42,113 nucleotides of DNA from Flavobacteriaceae bacterium (GCA_018647605.1 JABGSU010000208.1:1-42113); one strand, 5' to 3'. Positions 1 to 9,879 are shown, counted from the stretch's first letter. A program made the numbers and translations. Notes: a model not told the origin generated them from the letters alone.

Positions 1-960
1 GGCCTGAGCAGCAAAAGCTGCGTTGAGCTCTGTTTGCTCAATATCAGAAAGTTTTAGTCCCGCTTGCTTTAAAGCTTTCGGTATGGCCTCGCAAGGGCCG
101 ATACCCATTAACAATGGATCAACTCCTCCAACAGAACAAGCAGCTAGGCGCGCTTCTGGCTCTAGGCCTAACTCTTTAACTTTTGCTTCACTCATCACCA
201 AGGTAAAGGCAGCTCCGTCGGAAGTCTGAGAAGCATTTCCTGCTGTGATGATTCCCCCTTGTTTGAAAACAGCCCTCAATTTGGCTAAGCCTTCTACTGT
301 GGTATCTCTTCTAACTCCCTCATCTACAGAAACGGTATGGGAGCAAGTGACTTTTTTTCCTTCTTTGACAAATACGTCTTCAACAGTAATGGGGACAATT
401 TCGTCTTCAAAATATCCCTTGTCAATGGCATGAGCGGCTTTTTGGTGAGAAGCAAAGGAAAAATTATCGGCCGCTTCACGACTGATGTTAAATTTACCAG
501 CAACGGCTTCTGCTGTAGCCCCCATACTAACATGGTAATTGATGTTTTCCATGTTGGCTTTGTAACTGGGGGATAATTTGTAGCCTGTCATAGGAAGTAA
601 ACTCATGCTCTCTGTTCCACCAGCGATATAAACATCTCCCATCCCAGCCTTGATTTTGGCCACTGCCATGGCAATGGCTTCTAGGCCAGAGGCACAATAA
701 CGGTTGATGGTAATACCTGGAACTTCAATACCCAAAGCTCTAGCAGAAATGAGTCTTCCTACTTGTAGGCCTTGCTCCCCCTCGGGATTGGCACAACCCA
801 CAATGACATCATCTACAGTGGTGGGATCCAAAGCAGGTACTTGACTGACCAAATGTTTTAGAACATCTACGGCCATATCGTCGGATCTGTAGTTTTTGAA
901 TCCTCCTTTTTTAGCTTTTCCGACTGCAGTTCTGTATCCTTTTACAATATATGCTTCCAT
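1..960 (-). CDS. fadA: acetyl-CoA C-acyltransferase (3-ketoacyl-CoA thiolase); N-terminal ~320 codons, with the C-terminus beyond the window start
   Basis: My translation of the minus strand from the ATG at 958-960 gives MEAYIVKGYRTAVGKAKKGGFKNYRSDDMAVDVL...NRYCASGLEAIAMAV...GGTESMS..., with the thiolase active-site Cys context (NRYCASG). The frame stays open to base 1. It lies 5 nt downstream of the fadB-like gene on the same strand. It is absent from the ORF track because it runs off the edge. Confidence 0.85.
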   Translation of the reverse strand, partial: MEAYIVKGYRTAVGKAKKGGFKNYRSDDMAVDVLKHLVSQVPALDPTTVDDVIVGCANPEGEQGLQVGRLISARALGIEVPGITINRYCASGLEAIAMAVAKIKAGMGDVYIAGGTESMSLLPMTGYKLSPSYKANMENINYHVSMGATAEAVAGKFNISREAADNFSFASHQKAAHAIDKGYFEDEIVPITVEDVFVKEGKKVTCSHTVSVDEGVRRDTTVEGLAKLRAVFKQGGIITAGNASQTSDGAAFTLVMSEAKVKELGLEPEARLAACSVGGVDPLLMGIGPCEAIPKALKQAGLKLSDIEQTELNAAFAAQA

Positions 961-965
961 AACTT

Positions 966-3359
966 CTAGTTTCTTAAGGGCTTGTTATTCATTAATAGGT
1001 ATTGGATTCTGTCTAGGGTTTTTTGATTTCCCAGTAAACTCATAAAAGCTTCTCGTTCTATATCGAGCAGGTATTGCTCATTTACTTTCTGTGGGCTGGT
1101 CAAATCACCTCCACAAATGACGTAGGCTAACTTTCGAGCGATTACCTCATCGTATTCAGACATATAGCCTCCCAAACGGTATTCATTGATGGCGGAATAA
1201 AGTGCCCCCAATCCAGATCGTCCAAGAACTTCTATGTCTTCTCTTGCAGCAGGGGGGATATAGTCCTTGGATAATGCTAATACTTTGTCTTTAGCCAATC
1301 CAAGATTACGCTGAACGTTATAGGAAACACTGTCTCTATTTTCCAATAGGTAATGCAGATCAAATGCCTCAGAGGCTGAGGTGGAAACGGCTGCAGTGGC
1401 AATGGATTTAAAATGGTCGATCAACATGGGTATTTTAACGTCTCCCTCATAAAATCCGTCGGAGACCCGAAGGGCAAATTCTTTGGTTCCCCCGCCTCCA
1501 GGAATCAGCCCGACACCAACTTCAACCAATCCTATGTAGGATTCGGCAGCACAGACGGCTGCATCACAGTGCATAGTAATTTCACAACCTCCTCCAAACA
1601 CATAGCCCTGAGTAGCAACAACCACTGGAATTTTGGAAGTTCTGATTCGCATGTTGACTGATTGAAAATCGGCGACCATATGATCCAAGGTGTCAAATTG
1701 TTTTTGCATGGCCAACATTCCAATGTTCATTAAATTGGCCCCTACACTGAATTGCTTGGCGTTGTTTCCTATGACAAGGCCCTTCCAGTTTTCGCTTTCT
1801 GCCTTATCTACTGCTTCTGCAATGGCTTTTCCTATGCCTTCACCTATGGCGTTACTCTTGCTTTGAAATTCCAAACACATGACTCCATCTCCAATGTCGT
1901 GAACTGAACATTCGCTGTTTTTGATGAGCGGTGTATTTTCTCTAAAACTTTCCAAAATAATAAAGGCATCGGAGCCAGGAATAGTTTTGTATTGTTGGTT
2001 TTGAATATCAAAATATTTCTTTTGACCTTTTTCGTATTTGTAAAATTGATCTGCACCCGCTTTTTTCATTTGGCCTATCCATTCGGGAACGCTTTCTCCA
2101 GCGGCTTCAATCATGTCCAGTCCGTTTTGAAAACCGATGAGATCCCAGTACTCAAAAGGTCCAAAATCCCAAACATATCCAGCTCTCATGGCATCGTCAA
2201 CAGGATAGTATTGATCGGAAATTTCTGGAACTCTCTGGGCAGAGTAGGCAAAAATAGCTGTAAAGTATTCTTTAAGGAAAAGACTTTCGTTGTCTTCTTT
2301 TCCCATCAAAAAGGACATGCGTTTCTGCATTTTCTCAATGGCCTTGGCTTCTTTCAGTATGGGGTTTTTCGGACGTACACTGGGGTTATACTCCAATGTT
2401 TTTAGGTTCAGGGCATTGATGATCGTTTTCCCTTTTTCGTCTTTTTGATTGGTTTTTTGATAAAAGCCTTTCCCTGTTTTGTTCCCCAAAAAGTTATTTT
2501 CTAATAGAAAGGTCATGAATTTTGTTTCTGGTACCTTACCGACCGATTCAAAAAAGGAATCGTTTTTGACGTTGTTAACGACAAATTGGGTGACTTTCTC
2601 TCCTGTATCCAGTCCCACCAAATCTTGGAGTCTGAAAGTTCCTGTATTGGGTCTTCCTATCAATGAACCTGTTAAGGCATCTACTTCTTCAATAGAGAGG
2701 TCGTATTTTTGGGTTAGATCAAAAACTTTTACTCCAGACATGACGCCAATTCTGTTGGCGATAAATGCAGGAGTGTCTTTGCATAATACGGTTTGTTTGC
2801 CCAGATTAATTTCTCCAAAATGCATAAAAAAATCAATCAACTCAGGTTGGGTTTCTAGGATGGGTATTATTTCAAGTAGTCTTAAATATCGAGGCGGATT
2901 AAAAAAGTGTGTTCCACAGAAGTGTTTTTTAAACTCAGCAGATCGTCCTTCAGACAATTGAGAAATGGGAATACTAGAGGTATTGGAACTAACAATACTT
3001 CCTTTTTGTCGGTATTGTTCAACTTTTTCAAATATCTGTTGTTTAATATCCAGTCGCTCTACAACCACTTCAATGATCCAATCGGCCCCTTGAATTTTTT
3101 CAAAATCATCCTCAAAGTTCCCTACCGTAATTCTACTGGCATATTCCTTTTTGTAGAGGGGTGCGGGCTTTGATTTGATGGCTTTGGTTAAAGCATCTTG
3201 AGCAACACTGTTTCTGTTGCTTTTATTTTTTTGTGATTGTCCTTGGGGCAGAATGTCCAGCATCAAAACTTTAAGACCGACGTTTGCGAGCTGACAAGCA
3301 ATCCCAGATCCCATGACACCAGATCCAAGGACGACAACATTCTTTATTCTAAAATTCAT
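966..3359 (-). CDS. fused 3-hydroxyacyl-CoA dehydrogenase / enoyl-CoA hydratase (multifunctional beta-oxidation enzyme)
   Basis: 797-aa ORF. The N-terminus has a Rossmann motif (VVVLGSGVMGSGIA) typical of the 3HCDH NAD-binding domain. The C-terminal part has a crotonase-fold signature (ATQGYVFGGGCEITMHCD). It sits immediately upstream of the thiolase. Confidence 0.85.
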   Translation of the reverse strand: MNFRIKNVVVLGSGVMGSGIACQLANVGLKVLMLDILPQGQSQKNKSNRNSVAQDALTKAIKSKPAPLYKKEYASRITVGNFEDDFEKIQGADWIIEVVVERLDIKQQIFEKVEQYRQKGSIVSSNTSSIPISQLSEGRSAEFKKHFCGTHFFNPPRYLRLLEIIPILETQPELIDFFMHFGEINLGKQTVLCKDTPAFIANRIGVMSGVKVFDLTQKYDLSIEEVDALTGSLIGRPNTGTFRLQDLVGLDTGEKVTQFVVNNVKNDSFFESVGKVPETKFMTFLLENNFLGNKTGKGFYQKTNQKDEKGKTIINALNLKTLEYNPSVRPKNPILKEAKAIEKMQKRMSFLMGKEDNESLFLKEYFTAIFAYSAQRVPEISDQYYPVDDAMRAGYVWDFGPFEYWDLIGFQNGLDMIEAAGESVPEWIGQMKKAGADQFYKYEKGQKKYFDIQNQQYKTIPGSDAFIILESFRENTPLIKNSECSVHDIGDGVMCLEFQSKSNAIGEGIGKAIAEAVDKAESENWKGLVIGNNAKQFSVGANLMNIGMLAMQKQFDTLDHMVADFQSVNMRIRTSKIPVVVATQGYVFGGGCEITMHCDAAVCAAESYIGLVEVGVGLIPGGGGTKEFALRVSDGFYEGDVKIPMLIDHFKSIATAAVSTSASEAFDLHYLLENRDSVSYNVQRNLGLAKDKVLALSKDYIPPAAREDIEVLGRSGLGALYSAINEYRLGGYMSEYDEVIARKLAYVICGGDLTSPQKVNEQYLLDIEREAFMSLLGNQKTLDRIQYLLMNNKPLRN

Positions 3360-3435
3360 CGTTGGGTTTTTAACAAAGCTATTAAAAATCTATGAGGGTT
3401 GCATTTTTTTATACATTTGTTAAAAACATTAAGTT

Positions 3436-3732
3436 ATGAGTCATCAGAAAGTATTTGAACAGTTTAAGGAAAGAGCCGAAAATGCTTCACCATTGGGAGG
3501 TACCCTAAAGTTTATTGTAGATGAAAATCCCATTCTTATCGATGGTAATGGTGATCAGAATACGATTTCTATGGATGACTCAGAGGCAGATTGTACCATT
3601 GTTGTTTCTACAGAGGTATTGGAAAAGTTAAGGGATGGGGAACTCAACCCCATGATGGCCGTTATGGGGGGTCAAATTAAAATTACTGGAGATATGGGCT
3701 TGGCCATGAAGGTCCAATCTCTAATGGGTTAA
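3436..3732 (+). CDS. SCP2 sterol/lipid-carrier domain protein
   Basis: 98-aa ORF. The C-terminal GELNPMMAVMGGQIKITGDMGLAMKVQSL matches the SCP2-domain consensus (G.l.p..a.m.Gklki.Gdm.la.kl). Confidence 0.7.
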   Translation: MSHQKVFEQFKERAENASPLGGTLKFIVDENPILIDGNGDQNTISMDDSEADCTIVVSTEVLEKLRDGELNPMMAVMGGQIKITGDMGLAMKVQSLMG

Positions 3733-3808
3733 ATTGTTAATATAAAACATTCACACCCACTTTTATTTTTACTTTTTATTGGTATTTTATGATTGCTAAA
3801 AATTCAGT

Positions 3809-4048
3809 ATGGAACTTAGAGATGATCAAAATATTGTTGATGAAGTCGTTAGGTCAAAGATTAAATATGCGGTTTCATTATTGATTACTTTGCGTAAAAG
3901 AAACCATTCTAAAGAGCTGGGTTCTGACATCGATAACATTTGGAAAATCAGTGGCTTTAAAAACAAAAAAATATTTGAAAAGCACTTTAAATTGATAATG
4001 GGGTTTTCCGTTAAAAATTACATAAAGAGTTTACCCCAGCGATTTTAG
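3809..4048 (+). CDS. small hypothetical protein with a single AraC-type HTH-like half-motif
   Basis: 79-aa ORF. ISGFKNKKIFEKHFKLIMGFSVKNYIKS resembles the second helix-turn-helix of AraC/XylS regulators (GF.s...F.r.FK...G.sp..Y). It is too short to be a full regulator and could be a remnant. Confidence 0.3.
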   Translation: MELRDDQNIVDEVVRSKIKYAVSLLITLRKRNHSKELGSDIDNIWKISGFKNKKIFEKHFKLIMGFSVKNYIKSLPQRF

Positions 4049-4304
4049 TTCTTTACACGGTCAATTGAAAAGAACGATTTTATTTGATGCCAGTAGAACT
4101 TAATTGGCCTTTAAATTTTTTCATTAATTATAGGGTCATTATTTCAAAACTTACCTAAAAAGTTTAGCAAAAATCACCTTACTTATTGAAATTTCTTATG
4201 TTACCATAACAAGTAACAAATACGAAATCAATGATAAGCTTTATTTTTAATTAGCTTTGTATTAAGACAAAACCAGCAGTAATATTTAATTAAATTATTA
4301 GATT

Positions 4305-5051
4305 ATGAAGATTTTGGTATGTATCAGTCACGTACCCGACACCACCTCTAAAATAAATTTTGTCGAAGGAGATACGCTCTTTGATAAGAACGGTGTACAG
4401 TTTGTGATTAACCCCAATGACGAATTTGGTCTTACCCGAGCTGTTTGGTTTCAACAAAAACAACAAGCAGAAGTTACGGTGATAACAGTGGGAGATGCCA
4501 GTTGTGAACCCACACTCAGAAAGTGTTTGGCTATTGGAGCTAACAGGGCTTTTAGGGTTGACCTCCAACCCTCTGATGGGTTTGAGGTAGCACAGCAGTT
4601 GAGTGCTCACTGTAAGGAAGAAAATTATGACTTGATCATTGCGGGAAGAGAATCAATCGACTACAATGGCGCTATGGTTCCCGGTATGCTATCTGCTCTT
4701 TTGGGATATAATTTCGTAACCAATTGTATGGCACTTGAGATAGCAGGCGGCACTGCCAAAGCCTCCAGGGAAATTGACGGGGGGATTGAGACTGTTTCTT
4801 GTGAGTTGCCCTTAGTGATCGGTGCCCAAAAGGGTTTGGTTGAGGAGAAAGATTTGATCATTCCCAATATGCGGGGTATTATGCAGGCGCGTCAGAAAAG
4901 TCTTTCAGTCCTTACTCCTGTTGAAAGTGATGCCAAATCCTCGATTTCCAAGTATGAAAAACCAGCTCCCAAAGGCGAGGTAAAATTGGTGGAGCCGGAT
5001 CAAATTGATCAACTCATTGACTTGCTTCACTACGAAGCCAAAGTAATTTAG
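4305..5051 (+). CDS. etfB: electron transfer flavoprotein, beta subunit
   Basis: 248-aa ORF. MKILVCISHVPDTTSKI... is a typical EtfB N-terminus. It sits directly upstream of etfA with a 10-nt gap. Confidence 0.9.
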   Translation: MKILVCISHVPDTTSKINFVEGDTLFDKNGVQFVINPNDEFGLTRAVWFQQKQQAEVTVITVGDASCEPTLRKCLAIGANRAFRVDLQPSDGFEVAQQLSAHCKEENYDLIIAGRESIDYNGAMVPGMLSALLGYNFVTNCMALEIAGGTAKASREIDGGIETVSCELPLVIGAQKGLVEEKDLIIPNMRGIMQARQKSLSVLTPVESDAKSSISKYEKPAPKGEVKLVEPDQIDQLIDLLHYEAKVI

Positions 5052-5061
5052 CATAATCATT

Positions 5062-6018
5062 ATGGGAATTTTAATCTATACAGAATCCGAAAACGGAAAG
5101 TTTAAAAAGTCTGCCTATGAGTTGGCCTCCTATGGAAGGGCCATTGCAGATCAATTAGGGGTTGAACTCATTGCTGTGAGTTTTAACCACGAAGATGCTA
5201 CCCAATTGGGGAGTTATGGTGTTGATCAAGTCATTCAAATTAATGATCCTTCATTGGAAAGCTTTACAGCACAGCAGTATGCTTCGAATTTGGCGACAAT
5301 AGCTCAAACAAAGGAGATCAAGTTGATTGTTTTGAGCTCTAGTGCCAATGCAAAATACATTGCGCCCCTTTTGGCCGTATCTCTTTCGGCGGGCTATGCT
5401 TCCAATGTGGTAGGGCTTCCTGAAAGTTTGGAGCCTTTGACGGTCAAACGGTCTTGTTTTACCAATAAGGCTTTCAATACCTGCACGTTGGACAATAAAG
5501 TAAACATTATTGGATTGTCGAATAACTCCTATGGTAGTTTTGAAAATCCAAAGGAGGTAAATTTTAGTCAAGCTTCAGCGGTCATTGCTGAAACAACTAT
5601 AAAGGTTGAACAAGTAGAAAAATCAAGCGGTGAAGTGAGTATAGCCGATGCCGATATTGTGGTATCTGGGGGACGCGGATTAAAGGGTCCAGAGCATTGG
5701 CATCTTATAGAAAATTTAGCTACAACCTTGGGAGCAGCTACAGCCTGCTCCAAACCTGTATCCGATATGGGATGGCGACCCCACAGTGAACATGTAGGGC
5801 AAACTGGGAAACCTGTGGCTTCTAACTTATACATTGCTATAGGCGTATCTGGAGCCATTCAGCATTTGGCTGGGATTAATTCTTCTAAAGTCAAGGTGGT
5901 GATCAACAACGATCCAGAAGCGCCATTCTTCAAGGCTGCAGACTATGGGGTAATTGGAGATGCCTTTGAGGTGGTACCAGAATTGATCGAAAAACTTAAA
6001 GCTTTCAAAAGTTCTTAG
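5062..6018 (+). CDS. etfA: electron transfer flavoprotein, alpha subunit
   Basis: 318-aa ORF with the C-terminal FAD-binding signature LYIAIGVSGAIQHLAGI. Confidence 0.9.
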   Translation: MGILIYTESENGKFKKSAYELASYGRAIADQLGVELIAVSFNHEDATQLGSYGVDQVIQINDPSLESFTAQQYASNLATIAQTKEIKLIVLSSSANAKYIAPLLAVSLSAGYASNVVGLPESLEPLTVKRSCFTNKAFNTCTLDNKVNIIGLSNNSYGSFENPKEVNFSQASAVIAETTIKVEQVEKSSGEVSIADADIVVSGGRGLKGPEHWHLIENLATTLGAATACSKPVSDMGWRPHSEHVGQTGKPVASNLYIAIGVSGAIQHLAGINSSKVKVVINNDPEAPFFKAADYGVIGDAFEVVPELIEKLKAFKSS

Positions 6019-6121
6019 TCCAAAAGCTGAGGTTTTAAATGAATTTTTTTTCGTGCTTTATTTCTGCAAGAGATAAAACTTTCTGTCTTCTTTTTGACAT
6101 AGCCAGAATAATTAAATTGGT

Positions 6122-7561
6122 TTACTTTTGATGGATCTCATTTCGTTGATCCAATTCCTTTCGAATGTCGTTGGCTCGTTCTTCTGTAATGGAATAATCG
6201 CTCATTACCCAAATGGCGAATAGTGTTCCGATAATGGGAAACCCAGAAAAGAATAGTCTTAATCCAAAAATAGCATTTTCGCTTTGAGTTGGACTTCCTG
6301 ATTCAAAACCTATTAGTGAAAATATTACACCTGTGAGACCTCCTGCAATTCCAAATCCAAATTTGACCATCCACCAGTAAATCGCTCCAAAAACTCCTTC
6401 ACGACGTTTTCCTGTGTTGAGTTCGTCTAGATCAATTACATCGGCCGTCATTGACATCATTAGGGTAAATAAGCCCCCTATACCGAATGAAAAGAATGGC
6501 ATGGCAAGCAAAAACATATAAGGTTTTCCTGGGATGAATAAGAACCACAGCATGATATAGCCAATAATAGATATGGATTGCGAAATAATAAACGCTCTCT
6601 TTTTACCTAGTTTCTTAGACATTACTGTTACTATTGGAATGACTAAAAATGTGGTTACTAGAGCACCTACACTTCCGAAAAGTGTTGGCCAAATCCAAGC
6701 GCCTTCTTTTCCAGTAACACCGTCAAAAAGATAGTAAACAATTATAAAATAGGTGAATGCAGCTACGGTATTGAATGCATTGAAAATTAGGAAGGTAGCA
6801 ATACATAGTTTTCGAAATGCTCTTATCTTGAAAGCTTCACTAAAATTAACCACAAATATGGTATGCAATCTTCCTAAGATATTCTTGAGCGTAATGCTCT
6901 CATATTTCTCATTTAGAGTAGATTTACTCTTGATAAATATTGCAGGAATCATCGCGAGAATCATACAAATACCTCCAACCCATATTGCCAGTTCTCTCAC
7001 AGCAACATCACTCGATGGAAACCAATCTTTGTCATCCATCGCAATCCAAAACCAAGGGGCGATTACCCATGCCCATTGTCCTATCCATTGTGCAACAGCC
7101 ATAATATGGGTTCGTTCATGAAAATCATCACTCATCTCATAGCCCATCGCTACATAGGGTACGCTAAAAATTGTCAAGCCCAAATAAAATATCAAGGAGG
7201 TAAAAAGAAAGTAATAAAAGTTAAATTCTACGCTGTTTTCTCTGAATAATTGCCACATCACGACAAATGAAACACCCATAATCAAAGAGCCAATAAAAAC
7301 ATATTGTCTTCTTCTCCCCCATCTTGATTTGGTGTTGTCAGAAATAAAACCCATTATGGGGTCGGTGATGGCATCAAAAAGTCTTGGCACTAAAGAAACT
7401 ACTCCCCACATCCAGCCGGGGAAACCTAATCCTTGAACAAGAACAACAATAAATATACTTATAACAGCGGGAAACATTTGGTTGGCTAACATTCCCAAAC
7501 CAAAGGATACCTTCTGGCTCATGGGTACTTTTTTGTCTATACTTCCTTCTTTTGCATTCAT
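6122..7561 (-). CDS. MFS transporter, glycoside-pentoside-hexuronide (GPH):cation symporter type; putative beta-glucan oligosaccharide importer
   Basis: 479-aa polytopic membrane ORF. It has a GPH-like N-terminus (KVSFGLGMLANQMFP) and the DNTKSRWGRRR loop motif. It is the last gene of the minus-strand PUL. Confidence 0.8.
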   Translation of the reverse strand: MNAKEGSIDKKVPMSQKVSFGLGMLANQMFPAVISIFIVVLVQGLGFPGWMWGVVSLVPRLFDAITDPIMGFISDNTKSRWGRRRQYVFIGSLIMGVSFVVMWQLFRENSVEFNFYYFLFTSLIFYLGLTIFSVPYVAMGYEMSDDFHERTHIMAVAQWIGQWAWVIAPWFWIAMDDKDWFPSSDVAVRELAIWVGGICMILAMIPAIFIKSKSTLNEKYESITLKNILGRLHTIFVVNFSEAFKIRAFRKLCIATFLIFNAFNTVAAFTYFIIVYYLFDGVTGKEGAWIWPTLFGSVGALVTTFLVIPIVTVMSKKLGKKRAFIISQSISIIGYIMLWFLFIPGKPYMFLLAMPFFSFGIGGLFTLMMSMTADVIDLDELNTGKRREGVFGAIYWWMVKFGFGIAGGLTGVIFSLIGFESGSPTQSENAIFGLRLFFSGFPIIGTLFAIWVMSDYSITEERANDIRKELDQRNEIHQK

Positions 7562-7585
7562 ATCCTTGGTTGGTTTTTAGTTTTT

Positions 7586-8599
7586 TTAATCAAAATGATT
7601 GTATTGCTCCTTCAAAACATGGAAAGACTCTTTTTTATTTCTGTCAATATCAACGATGCCCCAGAACTCCTCGTTGGGATTACCATCATATGGAACCCCA
7701 CTACTGTTGGGTGCCTGACCACCAATGTCTTGTTGAACGGGATTGCCCGCCTTCCACCATTCATCGGAAAAGGAAAAAAGCGTTAATCCACTGATGAGGT
7801 GTTTGTTTTGAAAAACAGTTTCTACTATTTTGGCATTGGCAACCGATTGAGCTTTTTGGTTTTCACCTTCTTTAAAATTGTCACGTTCAATTGTCATATA
7901 ACTATCGCTTCCCGCCTCAGAAAAATAAAAAGGTTTGTCGCTTAATTTCTCCCATTGGTCAAAAAGGGCCGAAGGGTTGTCCCATCGGTATATATTGAGT
8001 CCCCACAAATCAAGGTTTGAACACATGGAGAAAGCCAAACTGTCTGGTAGTTCGCCATGGGCTGAGGAAACGGGGTGATTGCCATCGATTTTATGGATGG
8101 TTTGGGCTGCTTCGTTGAGGGTGGAGTACCAATTTTTGATGTTTCCCTCAAACCACTCGGGATGGTAATTGTATTCATTACCCAACTCCCAAAACAAAAT
8201 GGCATTATGGTTTTTGTATTTTTTGATGTATTGGGTATAGGATTTGGAATAGAGATCGAAGTAGCCTTGCTGATTATAGCCTATCCCAATAATGACTTTG
8301 ATACCCGCTTTTTCAATTTTATCCAAAACGGAAATCTCCTCAATGGGACTGTAAACTCTGATGGTATTGATGCCTGCCTCTACCATCAAAGCAAGGTCAG
8401 CTTCCAAGCTGCTAAAATCCCTTTTTTTCTTGCCCTTGGGAACAGGATTGTAGCAAATCCCTTTGATGAAATAGGGCGCATCGTTAACCCATATTTGTCT
8501 CCCTTGGGTTGTTACTGCCAGGGAGGGCTTGCCACACGATAGGACTAGGCAAGTAATACCCCAAATAAAAATAGAAAATACAGATTGGCTCCTTTTCAT
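7586..8599 (-). CDS. clan GH-A (beta/alpha)8 glycoside hydrolase lipoprotein, family unassigned (GH72/GH158/GH5-like motifs)
   Basis: 337-aa ORF with a lipoprotein signal (LVLSCGK). INTIRVY, WELGNEYNY (candidate acid/base Glu after Asn) and FYFSEAGSDS (candidate nucleophile Glu) are in the spacing expected for clan GH-A. Its ATG overlaps the GH17 stop as ATGA at 8596-8599. Confidence 0.6.
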   Translation of the reverse strand: MKRSQSVFSIFIWGITCLVLSCGKPSLAVTTQGRQIWVNDAPYFIKGICYNPVPKGKKKRDFSSLEADLALMVEAGINTIRVYSPIEEISVLDKIEKAGIKVIIGIGYNQQGYFDLYSKSYTQYIKKYKNHNAILFWELGNEYNYHPEWFEGNIKNWYSTLNEAAQTIHKIDGNHPVSSAHGELPDSLAFSMCSNLDLWGLNIYRWDNPSALFDQWEKLSDKPFYFSEAGSDSYMTIERDNFKEGENQKAQSVANAKIVETVFQNKHLISGLTLFSFSDEWWKAGNPVQQDIGGQAPNSSGVPYDGNPNEEFWGIVDIDRNKKESFHVLKEQYNHFD

Positions 8600-9879
8600 T
8601 TTTTTGGTGGGGTTAAAAGGGTGGACAGTAGTTGTTCTTTATTGCCTTGAAATGTTTTTTCAATGGGAGTATCTCCTCTACCAAGTCCTTCCAATGCCCC
8701 TTGATCAAGGAAATTCCAGAGGCTAAATTTGGCCTTACCCTCAATGGTAAACAATCCGAAATGATTCTCAGAGTGTTGGGGATCAATGGGATTTTTCCAT
8801 TGTTCATCGAAGGCTTCAAAGTATACGCAAGTGGTTTTGTTTTGCTTCGCCCAATCACTCATCAATTTAAAATATAATGCTTGTTTGTATTCGTCAGCAG
8901 CCCGTGATCCTTGGTTTCCATAAAATCCACTGCTTTGAGTAGCCCACCCGGTTTCTCCAATGTGAATAGGCTTTTCGACCCCCAAACTTTTTACATAGTT
9001 TTTTACGTTGTTGTATTGCATAACAGCAAAGTTTTTGGCTCTAAACATTGCGCTGTCGATAATTTGGAGATCTGAGGATTGACTTTCCGATTTAATTTTT
9101 GAAATCCAAAACTCAGGATTGTAGTGGGTGTTGTGAAATGGATAGGTATGGATGGATATGTAATCTACTGCGTGTACCAGTTTTTCTAAATCAGGTTCAT
9201 GATATGAAGAATCTCCTCCTCCCCATGAACTGAAGTCATCGGAACTGGTGATCCAAAGATTTTTTGGGAGTTTCTGATCTGCTTTCAATTGTTGAAGATG
9301 GTTGACCCAATTCAAAATGACTTTGGGTTGAACAAAATAGGAGGTCGCCCAACGAACACGGGCCTCGTTCCCTACTGATATGATTTTAACGGTATCTGGA
9401 TAGGCTTGGGTAAGTTCTACTGCCTGACTTATCTCTAACGCATTTCCTTTGAAATCTTCTTTGTCATGATTGGGCTGATCTGTCCAAGCATTTTTGCAGT
9501 TGATCCAAGCACCGAGCATTACGTACATTTCAAAGTCGATGCGTTTCATTTTTAGGAGTCTGATCGCTTCTAAAACATTTTTTGCAAATTCAAAATGTAC
9601 ATTATAGGTTCGGATGAGTTTAAACCCTAGGGCTTCTAGTATGATTAGATCCTCGGTAACTTGATCAATGGTGGGCTGGGTATTTCTAGTGTTGGCTCGA
9701 TATCCACCATAGGAAATGGCTTTGTATTTAGAATTTCCCAAAATATCGGAGGCAAAGGGGGAATGATCTTTAGTCGACTGATCTTTTGACTGACAAGCCA
9801 TGAAAAGCATACCTACAAGAAATATAAGACGGAATGTCTTACGGAATGGGTAACCCAAAAAATCGGAATGCTTTATCAC
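8596..9879 (-). CDS. glycoside hydrolase family 17 beta-1,3-glucanase, lipoprotein
   Basis: 427-aa ORF with a lipoprotein signal (LFMACQS). It carries the GH17-type motifs SVGNEARV (acid/base) and IHIGETGWATQS (nucleophile, compare ETGWPS in GH17). Confidence 0.75.
   Translation of the reverse strand: MIKHSDFLGYPFRKTFRLIFLVGMLFMACQSKDQSTKDHSPFASDILGNSKYKAISYGGYRANTRNTQPTIDQVTEDLIILEALGFKLIRTYNVHFEFAKNVLEAIRLLKMKRIDFEMYVMLGAWINCKNAWTDQPNHDKEDFKGNALEISQAVELTQAYPDTVKIISVGNEARVRWATSYFVQPKVILNWVNHLQQLKADQKLPKNLWITSSDDFSSWGGGDSSYHEPDLEKLVHAVDYISIHTYPFHNTHYNPEFWISKIKSESQSSDLQIIDSAMFRAKNFAVMQYNNVKNYVKSLGVEKPIHIGETGWATQSSGFYGNQGSRAADEYKQALYFKLMSDWAKQNKTTCVYFEAFDEQWKNPIDPQHSENHFGLFTIEGKAKFSLWNFLDQGALEGLGRGDTPIEKTFQGNKEQLLSTLLTPPKK

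Noticed and set aside
1413-2961. Plus-strand ORFs (1413-1661, 1992-2405, 2479-2961, 2907-3173) inside the fadB-like gene. There are analogous antisense ORFs inside other long genes, for example 6753-7121, 8075-8542, 18911-19249, 21542-21961, 27395-27631 and 36941-37327.
   Set aside because: They lie entirely within, and antisense to, long ORFs with clear family motifs. Their translations are low-complexity and Ser/Phe/Leu-rich, with no recognisable motifs. They are typical shadow ORFs in AT-rich DNA.
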